This document shows positions 7,956 through 15,444 of a stretch of 29,993 nt of DNA, one piece after another. Positions within the stretch are counted from its first letter, which is position 1. Every line of letters begins with the position of its first letter. Origin of the DNA: Gemmatimonadales bacterium. Lineage in GTDB: Bacteria > Gemmatimonadota > Gemmatimonadetes > Gemmatimonadales > GWC2-71-9. Both the position numbers and the translations under genes were made by a program. The stretch lies in contig DATFGC010000176.1 in assembly GCA_035249765.1 (NCBI GenBank), positions 1 through 29,993 on the forward strand. The letters run 5' to 3'. A model generated the notes under the pieces. It worked only from the letters and a program-made list of their open reading frames with translations, did no database searches and was not told where the DNA came from.

Positions 7956-8683
7956 GTTCTCGCGGTCGCATATTGCTCGCCGATGATGAAGCCACCTTTC
8001 TGAACTCCACCGCCGAGCTCCTGCGGCGCGAAGGCTACGAAGTCGAGACCGTGTCGGATGGGGCCACCGCCCTGGAGCGCGCCGGAGCCGAGCGGTTCGA
8101 TCTCTTGATTACCGACCTGGAAATGCCCGGGAACTCCGATCTGGAGCTGGTCCGGCGGATCGCCGAGACCAGCGGTGGCCTGCCGGTCATCATCCTCACC
8201 GGTTTTCCGGCGGTGCGTTCCGCAGTGGCCTGCATCGAGCTCCCGGTCGCGGCCTACCTGGTCAAACCGGTGGTGTTTCCCGAGCTGCTCTCCCGGGTGG
8301 ATGCCGCGGTGGCGCGGTTCCGGTCCTACCGTGCGCTGGAGAGCGCCGAGCACCGGCTGCGGGACTGGCGGCGGGAGTTCGAGGGTCTGAGCAAGGTCCA
8401 GCGCGGCCCGCAGGCCGACGGGCCGGCAGTGGACATGTTCCTGTCGCTCACCCTGAGAAACGTGATGGGATCGCTGGTGGACCTGGACCAGCTGGGGCGG
8501 GCGCTCACCGGCCACTCGGTCAAGGAGCATCCCTGCCAGTTGATGAACTGCCCCCGGGGCTCCCAGCTGGAAGAGGCGGTGCGGGAAGTCATCGCGGTGC
8601 TGGAAGAAACCAAGAGCGCATTCAAATCGAAGCGCCTGGGCGAGCTGCGCCACAAGCTTGAGCTTCTGCTGGAGCATGTCTGA
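7952..8683 (+). CDS. Response regulator: receiver domain + unrecognised helical C-terminal domain
   Basis: ILLADDE...LLITDLEMPG...IILTG...YLVKP receiver; GTGA overlap with the kinase stop. Confidence 0.92.
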   Translation: MSSRGRILLADDEATFLNSTAELLRREGYEVETVSDGATALERAGAERFDLLITDLEMPGNSDLELVRRIAETSGGLPVIILTGFPAVRSAVACIELPVAAYLVKPVVFPELLSRVDAAVARFRSYRALESAEHRLRDWRREFEGLSKVQRGPQADGPAVDMFLSLTLRNVMGSLVDLDQLGRALTGHSVKEHPCQLMNCPRGSQLEEAVREVIAVLEETKSAFKSKRLGELRHKLELLLEHV

Positions 8684-8748
8684 AACCGGGCTGTGCAGGC
8701 CGGGGGCAGTGAGGCGTCTTATCGGATTGCCAGAGCAAAAATAGAGTT

Positions 8749-8847
8749 GCTCCCCTGCGGGTGGAGCCACCTTGTCGGACGACGGCCCTGGGCCGCGTGA
8801 GACGAAGGCGCGTCGGTGCTCTCCTGGCGGAGAGCGCTCGCGCCTTT
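8749..8847 (+). ncRNA. Candidate structured leader/sRNA motif, copy B
   Basis: P0 GCUCC/GGAGC; P1 CCUU-GUC ... GAC-G-AAGG (8770-8808); hairpin AAGGCGCG..GUGCUCUCC/GGAGAGCGC..CGCGCCUUU (8805-8847). Confidence 0.45.
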
Positions 8848-9065
8848 GCTGCTGCTGATCACCCGGCGTGGCGATTGCGAGCTCGGTCGTGCTGACGCGA
8901 TCCCCGCCGTGCTTCAATAGATGCTGTCGTCTCTGGACCAATCCGCCCTTCGCCGCGATCCCGAGCTGTCGCGCCGGAGGGCGGATTTGGCATGGCTCCT
9001 TGACTCCGGGCCCCGGCGGATAAATCTTTACCCGCTTTCGAGTTACGCTCTCGAACCCCGGCCCG

Positions 9066-10115
9066 ATGACCACGACCGCAGAGCGCCCGGCCCCCCCGAT
9101 TCCCGCCGGGCTCACCCGGGACCAGCTGATCGAGCTCTATTACTTCATGCGGCTGACCCGGTCGCTGGAGGAGAAGCTGGTCAATCTCTACCGGCAGACC
9201 AAAGTGGTCGGGGGACTGTTCCGCTCGCTGGGGCAGGAGGCCGACGCAGTGGGAAGCGCGTACGCGCTGGACCGCTCCCAGGGGGACATCCTCTCCCCCC
9301 TGATCCGGAACCTCGGCTCCATGCTGGTGCAGGGAGCCACGCCGCTCGAGGTGCTGCGGCAGTATATGGCCAAGGCGGAGAGTCCGACCCGGGGCCGCGA
9401 GCTGAACATCCATTTCAACGACCTGGAGCGCGGTTTCCTGGGGCAGATCTCCCACCTGGGCGACATGGTTCCCGTCATGGCGGGGGTCACCCTGAGCTTC
9501 AAGATGCGGCGGCAGCGCCGGGTGGGTCTGGTGTACGTGGGCGACGGGGCCATGAGCACCGGGGCGTTCCACGAAGGGATCAACTTCGCGGCGGTGCAGC
9601 GGCTCCCGCTGGTGGTGATCGCGGAAAACAACGGCTACGCCTACTCCACCCCGCTGTTCCGGCAGACCGCGGTCGGCCAGCTGGTGGAAAAGGCCGCCGG
9701 CTACGGAGTGCGCGGAGAGCAGGCCGACGGCAACGACGTGCTGGCGGTGTACCAGGTGACCCGGGCCGCAGTGGAGCGGGCCCGGGCGGGCGAAGGCGTC
9801 ACCCTGATCGAGTTGCTTACCTACCGGCGCAAGGGACACGCGGAGCACGACAACCAGTCCTACGTCAGCCCGGAAGAGCTCACGGCCTGGGCCGCCAAGG
9901 ATCCGATCGACCGCTACCTGCGCCAGCTCACCGAATCGGGCTGGGCCACGCCCGACGAGCTTTCCGCCATCGACCAGCGGATTGCCGCGGAGATCGACGC
10001 CGCGGTCGCGCGGTGTGAGAACGAGCCGATGCCGGAGCCCGGCACCGCGCTCGATGGGGTGCTGGTGACGCCCTCGAGGGCCGAGCTCGAGTGGTACCGG
10101 AGGCTCGATGCCTGA
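9066..10115 (+). CDS. 2-oxoacid (pyruvate/branched-chain) dehydrogenase E1 alpha
   Basis: TPP motif GDGA...ENN, YRRKGHAEHD loop; substrate cannot be decided from sequence. Confidence 0.92.
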   Translation: MTTTAERPAPPIPAGLTRDQLIELYYFMRLTRSLEEKLVNLYRQTKVVGGLFRSLGQEADAVGSAYALDRSQGDILSPLIRNLGSMLVQGATPLEVLRQYMAKAESPTRGRELNIHFNDLERGFLGQISHLGDMVPVMAGVTLSFKMRRQRRVGLVYVGDGAMSTGAFHEGINFAAVQRLPLVVIAENNGYAYSTPLFRQTAVGQLVEKAAGYGVRGEQADGNDVLAVYQVTRAAVERARAGEGVTLIELLTYRRKGHAEHDNQSYVSPEELTAWAAKDPIDRYLRQLTESGWATPDELSAIDQRIAAEIDAAVARCENEPMPEPGTALDGVLVTPSRAELEWYRRLDA

Positions 10116-11088
10116 GGTCACCTACCTCGAAGCCCTGAAGGACGGGCTCGCCGAGGAGATGGCCCGGGACGAGAGGGTGTTCGTCCTGGGCGAGGATGTC
10201 GGCGCCTTCGGGGGCGCATTCAAGGTGACCGAAGGACTCCAGCAGCGCTTCGGCGAGGACCGGGTCATCGATACGCCGATCGCTGAAACTGCGATCGTGG
10301 GTGCGGCGGCCGGCGCCGCCCACATGGGGCTCCGCCCGGTGTGCGAGATGCAGTTCATCGACTTCATCTCCTGCGCCTACTCCATCCTGACCAACTACGT
10401 GGCGACCGCGCGCTACCGCGCCGGGCTCGCGACCCCGATGGTGGTGCGGGGCCCCTCGGGTGGGTACGTCCGGGGTGGCCCCTTTCATTCCCAGAATCCG
10501 GAAGCGGCGTTCCTCCACACCCCGGGGCTCAAGATCGTCGCCCCGGCGACCGCCCGGGACGCCAAGGGCCTGATCAAGGCGGCGATCCGCGATGAGGACC
10601 CGGTGCTCTACTTCGAGCACAAGTACCTCTACCGCCGGATCAAGGAAGACCTGCCGGCCGGCGAGGACCTGCTGACCCCGATCGGCGAGGCCCGAGTGGC
10701 CCGGGAAGGCCGGGACCTGTCGGTGATCACCTGGTCGGCCATGCTCTGGAAATCCCTGGAGGCCGCCGAGCGGCTGGAGCGGGAAGACGGACTCTCGGTC
10801 GAAGTGCTCGACCTCCGCACCCTGATGCCGATGGACGACGCCGCGATCGCGGCGACTGTGCGCAAGACCAACCGGGTCCTGATCGTGCACGAGGATACCC
10901 GGACCGGTGGCGTCGCGGGGGAGATAACCGCGCGGATCAACGACCTGGCGTTCGAATGGCTCGACGCGCCGGTCAAGCGGGTCTGTGCCCACGACGTGCC
11001 GCTGCCTTACGCGCCGACCCTGGAAGATTTCGTGCTGCCGCAGGTGGACGACGTGGTTGCGGCGGCGCGCTGGCTGGCCAGATACTAG
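10108..11088 (+). CDS. 2-oxoacid dehydrogenase E1 beta
   Basis: LGEDVG..GGAF, RVIDTPIAE, EMQFIDF, FHSQ, FEHKYLY, EVLDLRTL. Confidence 0.93.
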   Translation: MPEVTYLEALKDGLAEEMARDERVFVLGEDVGAFGGAFKVTEGLQQRFGEDRVIDTPIAETAIVGAAAGAAHMGLRPVCEMQFIDFISCAYSILTNYVATARYRAGLATPMVVRGPSGGYVRGGPFHSQNPEAAFLHTPGLKIVAPATARDAKGLIKAAIRDEDPVLYFEHKYLYRRIKEDLPAGEDLLTPIGEARVAREGRDLSVITWSAMLWKSLEAAERLEREDGLSVEVLDLRTLMPMDDAAIAATVRKTNRVLIVHEDTRTGGVAGEITARINDLAFEWLDAPVKRVCAHDVPLPYAPTLEDFVLPQVDDVVAAARWLARY

Positions 11089-11147
11089 GGGCTGGATGCT
11101 GGATGCTGGTGAGGCGACTCCAGCAACAAGCATCCAGGGTCCAGCCC
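11088..11147. repeat. Inverted heptamer array (GCTGGAT)n ... (CCAGCAW-like)n
   Basis: gctggat gctggat gctggt at 11091-11110; ccagcaa caagcat ccagggt ccagccc at 11120-11147, between E1b and E2. Confidence 0.8.
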
Positions 11148-11167
11148 CCAAACTTGGAGTTCCGCGC

Positions 11168-12559
11168 ATGGCAAAGATCGACGTCCCCATGCCCCAGATG
11201 GGCGAGTCCATCGCCGAGGGCACCCTGTCCAAGTGGCTCAAAAAGGTGGGCGACCCGGTCAAGCGCGACGAGCCGATCTTCGAGATCTCCACCGACAAGG
11301 TGGACGCCGAGATCCCCGCGCCCGCGGCCGGTGTGCTGGCCGAGATCCTGGTTCAGGAAGGGCAAACCGTAGCGGTCCAGACGGTGGTCGCCCGGCTGGA
11401 GACCGACGCGGCGGCGCAGCCTTCAGCCGTCAGCCCTCAGGCCCCCCCCGAGCGGAGCGAGGGGCCGTCCAGCCGTCCAGCCGTCAGTCCGCAGCCTGCG
11501 GCTGCGAGCCCTCAGCCATCAGCCGTGAGCCCTCGGCCGGCAGCCGTCAGCCCTCAGCCATCAGCAATCAGTCAAAAACCGGCGCCACCGTCCCCAGTCC
11601 CCAGTCCCCAGTCCCCAGCCCCCAGCTCACTGGAGGAGCGCCTCCGCACCAAGTCCAGCCCGCTGGTCCGCAAGATCGCCGCGGAGCACAACCTCGACAT
11701 CACCGGCATTCCGGGATCGGGCCTCGCCGGGAGGGTCACCAAGAACGACGTCCTGTCGTTCCTCGAAGCCGGGCCGAAATCCCCGGCCCCCAGTCCCCAA
11801 CCCCCCAGCCCCGACGGTGTCCGCGTCGTCGCCGGTCCCGTGGTCGAGCCGTGGGAAGGCGACCGGGTCGAGCCCTGGTCGCGGATCCGCAAGCTGACCG
11901 CCGATCACATGATCATGTCGCGCCGGGTCTCGGCGCACGTGTACAGCCTGATCGAGGTGGATTATACCCGGGTCGCCGGGGTCCGCGGCCGCCAGAAGGC
12001 GGCCTACGCCGAGCGGGGGGTCAATCTGACCTTCCTGGCATTCATCGCGTCGGCGGTCGCCCGGAATCTCCGCAAGCATCCGGTCGTGAATGCCTGCGTC
12101 ATGGGCGAGAGCACCATCTACCGCCGCGATGTCAATCTCGGCATCGCGGTGGCGCTCGACTGGGGCCTGATCGTGCCGGTGATCCGGCACGCCGACGAGC
12201 TGAACCTGCTCGGCACCGCCCGGGCGATCAACGACCTGGCGGAGCGGGCCCGCGCCAAGAAGCTCTCTCCCGATGAAGTGCAGAAGGGCACCTTCACGAT
12301 CACCAACCCCGGAGTCTTCGGGACCCTGGTCGGACTGCCGATTCTCAATCAACCCCAGGCTGCCATTCTCGCGGTGGGGGCGATCGTCAAACGCCCTGCG
12401 GTGGTGCAGGCGGCCGACGGCAGCGACAGCATCGCGATCCGGACGATGGGAACCCTGGCGATGTCGTTCGATCACCGGATCGTGGATGGGGCCGACGCCG
12501 ATCGCTTTCTCGCCGATCTGCGCAAGACACTGGAGGAGTTTCCGGAAGACGCGGGGTAA
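11168..12559 (+). CDS. Dihydrolipoamide acyltransferase E2 (one lipoyl domain)
   Basis: Start taken at ATG 11168 (MAKIDVPMPQMGES). Lipoyl motif STDKV, E3-binding SPLVRKIA..GSG..GRVTKND, catalytic FDHRIVDG. Confidence 0.93.
   Translation: MAKIDVPMPQMGESIAEGTLSKWLKKVGDPVKRDEPIFEISTDKVDAEIPAPAAGVLAEILVQEGQTVAVQTVVARLETDAAAQPSAVSPQAPPERSEGPSSRPAVSPQPAAASPQPSAVSPRPAAVSPQPSAISQKPAPPSPVPSPQSPAPSSLEERLRTKSSPLVRKIAAEHNLDITGIPGSGLAGRVTKNDVLSFLEAGPKSPAPSPQPPSPDGVRVVAGPVVEPWEGDRVEPWSRIRKLTADHMIMSRRVSAHVYSLIEVDYTRVAGVRGRQKAAYAERGVNLTFLAFIASAVARNLRKHPVVNACVMGESTIYRRDVNLGIAVALDWGLIVPVIRHADELNLLGTARAINDLAERARAKKLSPDEVQKGTFTITNPGVFGTLVGLPILNQPQAAILAVGAIVKRPAVVQAADGSDSIAIRTMGTLAMSFDHRIVDGADADRFLADLRKTLEEFPEDAG
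11417..11626 (+). repeat. In-frame heptamer tandem repeats in the E2 linker (CAGCCNT and CCCCAGT)
   Basis: cagcctt cagccgt cagccct...cagccat cagcaat at 11417-11576; ccccagt x3 + ccccagc x2 at 11592-11626; a further degenerate block at 11781-11812. Confidence 0.85.
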
Positions 12560-12594
12560 TCCACCGGGGGGGGCTTCGGCCCGGGAGGAGGGTC

Positions 12595-12861
12595 ATGGCG
12601 GGACGCACCATCGAGGTGAACGGCGAGCAGTGGGAGGTCTCTTCCACCGGCCGGATCACCCAGTACGGGAAGGATGAATTCGGGCTCCGCTTCACCCGCC
12701 GGGTTCCCGAGCCGGTGGTGGACCGGGTGGTCCGCTATTCGCCCCGGCTCTCGAAGAATCGCGAATCGGCGCTGGCCCAGCTGAGCGATGCCGATCTCGC
12801 CGGGCTGCTCAAGGTGTCCCAGCCCGGGTGGACCACGCCGGACCTGGGGTACCTCCGCTGA
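12595..12861 (+). CDS. Hypothetical protein (88 aa)
   Basis: Strong GGAGGAGG RBS, ATG start, typical codon usage. Confidence 0.8.
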   Translation: MAGRTIEVNGEQWEVSSTGRITQYGKDEFGLRFTRRVPEPVVDRVVRYSPRLSKNRESALAQLSDADLAGLLKVSQPGWTTPDLGYLR

Positions 12862-13709
12862 ACCCCACCGCGCCGATCGATCTGCATCTCCACTCGAACG
12901 CCTCCGACGGGTTGCTCCCGCCGGCCGGCGTGGTGCAGCGCGCCGCCGCGCTCGGGCTCGCCGCCATTGCGCTCACCGATCACGACACCATCGCGGGCGT
13001 GGCCGAGGCGCAGGCCGAGGGGGCGCGCCGGGGGGTGCGGGTGGTGAGCGGCTGCGAGTTCTCCACCGCGGCGCCCTGGGGCGAGATGCACGTGCTGGGG
13101 TATTTCCTGCCGATCAACGACCCCAGGCTGGAGGAATTTCTGGTCCGCTGCCGGGAGGACCGGGTGCGCAGGGGCCGGGAAATGGTGGAGGGCCTGCAGG
13201 CCTGGGGAGTGGACGTGTCGTTCGAAGATCTGGCGCTGGAGGCATCCAACGCCGCCATCGGCCGGCCCCACCTGGCCCGCGTGCTCGTCAAGCTCGGCAA
13301 GGTCGCCAGCATCGACGATGCCTTTCATCAGTGGCTGGGACGGGGGCGGCCGGCCTACGTGGAAAAGCGGCTCCCCACCTTCCGCGATGTGGCGGAGCTG
13401 GTGCACAGCGTGGGCGGCATCGTGTCGGCGGCCCACCTCAAGGAACGGGGAACCCGACCGATTCTCACCGCCTTCAAGGCCGAGGGGCTGGACGCCGTGG
13501 AGACCCGCCATCCCAGCCACAGCGAAGAGGCCCGGGCCCGGATCACCGGGCTCGCGGCCGCGCTGGGATTGCTCCGCACCGGCGGGAGTGACTGGCACGG
13601 CGAGGCCGCCGGGGAAGGCTCCCACGCCATGCTGGGCTCGCAGCAGGTCCCCTCGGAGTGGCTCGAGATTCTCGACCAATCCCAGCGAAAGCGAGGCGCT
13701 GTGGGATGA
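12858..13709 (+). CDS. PHP-domain phosphatase/nuclease (TrpH/YciV-like)
   Basis: DLHLHSNASDG, LTDHDT, GCE, HVLGY, AHL, TGGSDWHG. Start uncertain: CTG 12858 (CTGA overlap) or GTG 12828. Confidence 0.9.
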   Translation: MNPTAPIDLHLHSNASDGLLPPAGVVQRAAALGLAAIALTDHDTIAGVAEAQAEGARRGVRVVSGCEFSTAAPWGEMHVLGYFLPINDPRLEEFLVRCREDRVRRGREMVEGLQAWGVDVSFEDLALEASNAAIGRPHLARVLVKLGKVASIDDAFHQWLGRGRPAYVEKRLPTFRDVAELVHSVGGIVSAAHLKERGTRPILTAFKAEGLDAVETRHPSHSEEARARITGLAAALGLLRTGGSDWHGEAAGEGSHAMLGSQQVPSEWLEILDQSQRKRGAVG

Positions 13710-14461
13710 GCGGCCCGCCCGCCCCGCTGCGCGATGTGGCCATCATCGGGGGCGGGTGCTACGGCAGCTTTTACGCCGGCCAGCTGCTGACCGCCTGCCG
13801 GCGGGGCGGGCTCTCGGTCCGCCGCATCCTGGTGGTCGATCACGATCCCCAGTGCGCCGGCGCCAGGCTTTCGGGCAGCGAGCTGGTGGTTTCCGACTGG
13901 GCCGGGTTCCTGCGCGGTTTTCTCGACGCCGAGCCTCCCGCTCCGGGCCAGCCCGACGACGCCGTGGTGCCCTCACCGCTCATGCCCCACCTGATGGCCG
14001 GATGGCTGGCGGAAACCGCGGCCCAGCGGTGGCCCGATCGGTCGGTGGCGCTGGTCCCGCCGGATCAACCGCTCGGCACGCCCTACGACACCCTGGGGCC
14101 CGACGGGACCCGGTACGTATCGTTTGCCGACTGGATCTGTCCCACCCACTGCATCGAGCCGCTGGTGTGCCCGATGATCCGGGCCCCCCGGACCTGGGAA
14201 ATGTCGGAGGCGCTCGCCAGCTATACCGCAACCCTGGCGCTCCGGCGGCCGACCGCCGGGCCTGCGCTGTTCACGACCCGGCATCACGCCTACGGGGTCG
14301 GGATGTTCGGCGCCGGGGAAATCCGCGCCAGCCGGGCCGAGGTGCTCGCCGCGGGCGCGGCCCATGTCGCGGTGGACGTCGTGGTCGGCACGATCTCCGC
14401 CTGTCACGGCGCGGTCAGCCTGCTTCGGATCGGAGCCCCTCGTGACGGGTCACCCGATTAA
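13706..14461 (+). CDS. Hypothetical Cys-rich protein with N-terminal Rossmann-like motif (251 aa)
   Basis: ATGA overlap with the PHP stop; VAIIGGGCYG..ILVVD, WICPTHCIEPLVCP, GTISACHG. Confidence 0.8.
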   Translation: MSGPPAPLRDVAIIGGGCYGSFYAGQLLTACRRGGLSVRRILVVDHDPQCAGARLSGSELVVSDWAGFLRGFLDAEPPAPGQPDDAVVPSPLMPHLMAGWLAETAAQRWPDRSVALVPPDQPLGTPYDTLGPDGTRYVSFADWICPTHCIEPLVCPMIRAPRTWEMSEALASYTATLALRRPTAGPALFTTRHHAYGVGMFGAGEIRASRAEVLAAGAAHVAVDVVVGTISACHGAVSLLRIGAPRDGSPD

Positions 14462-14473
14462 ATTGATCCGCTC

Positions 14474-15421
14474 ATGACATCATCCGATCTCGATCTCCTC
14501 ATCGTCGGCGGCGGGCCCGCCGGCCTCTGCGCCGCCATGTACGCCGGCCGGGGCATGCTGAAGGCGGTGCTGCTGGAGCGGGGCATTCCCGGCGGCGAGC
14601 TCCTCAACACCGAGAAAGTGGAGGACTATCCCGGCTTCAGCACCATCCTGGGCCCCGAGCTGGCGGCCCGGATGACCGAGCATGCCCAGGCCTTCGGCGC
14701 CGATATCCGGATGGAAAACGTCGAAGGCATCTATCGCCTGTCGGACGGCACTTTCCGGGTGACCACCAGCTCGGGCGCCGAGTTCCTCGCCCCCACCGTC
14801 ATCCTCACCGCGGGAGGGACCCCCACCAAGCTCGGGGTTCCCGGGGAGCTCGAGTTCGCCGGGAAGGGAGTCTCCTACTGCGCGGTGTGCGACGGCGCCT
14901 TCTTCAAGGGGGAGACCATCGCGGTGGTCGGGGGCGGCGACGCGGCGGTGGAAGAGGCCGACTACCTGACCCGCTACGCCGCCAAGGTGTACATCATCCA
15001 CCGGCGGGACGAGTTCCGGGCCTCCAGGCTCATCCAGGAGCGGGCCCTGGCCAATCCGAAGATCGAGCCGATCTGGAACACCCGGGTTCTCGAGATGCGG
15101 GGCGACGCGCGCGGACTCAAGGAGCTGGAGCTGGAGAGCACCCTCACCGGCAAGCGGATGCTGCTCACCGCCACCGGCTGTTTCGTATTCATCGGCTTCA
15201 AGCCGAACACCGGGCTGGTGATGGATCACGCCGAGCACGACGCCAACGGCTATCTGCGCACCGACGACCGGATGATGACCAGCATTCCGGGGCTCTTTGC
15301 CGCGGGCGACCTGCGGGCCCAGCTGACCCGCCAGGTGTCCACGGCGGTCGGCGATGCCACGACGGCGGCGATCGCGGTCGAGAAGTACCTCACCGAGCGC
15401 CGCTCGCTGGCGGGGGCCTAG
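14474..15421 (+). CDS. trxB: Thioredoxin-disulfide reductase
   Basis: GGGPAG, GVSYCAVCDG, GGGDAA..EA, HRRD..RA, FAAGD. Confidence 0.95.
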   Translation: MTSSDLDLLIVGGGPAGLCAAMYAGRGMLKAVLLERGIPGGELLNTEKVEDYPGFSTILGPELAARMTEHAQAFGADIRMENVEGIYRLSDGTFRVTTSSGAEFLAPTVILTAGGTPTKLGVPGELEFAGKGVSYCAVCDGAFFKGETIAVVGGGDAAVEEADYLTRYAAKVYIIHRRDEFRASRLIQERALANPKIEPIWNTRVLEMRGDARGLKELELESTLTGKRMLLTATGCFVFIGFKPNTGLVMDHAEHDANGYLRTDDRMMTSIPGLFAAGDLRAQLTRQVSTAVGDATTAAIAVEKYLTERRSLAGA

Positions 15422-15444
15422 CGATTCCGGACCGGACGGGGGAA

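Noticed and set aside
8757-8907. Rod-like fold resembling 6S RNA (8774-8785 can pair with 8885-8896)
   Set aside because: Only about 150 nt, the bubble is strongly asymmetric, I see no 6S consensus or typical gene context, and the sequence is better explained as copy B of the three-copy motif. A cmscan with the 6S model would settle it.
9000-9028. TTGACT -35 box upstream of E1-alpha
   Set aside because: Good -35, but the hexamer at 17-nt spacing (AATCTT) lacks the first T; not listed as a supported promoter.
10985-11167. N-terminal extension of E2 in the ORF track
   Set aside because: Overlaps the E1-beta 3' end and crosses the heptamer array; the lipoyl domain starts at ATG 11168.
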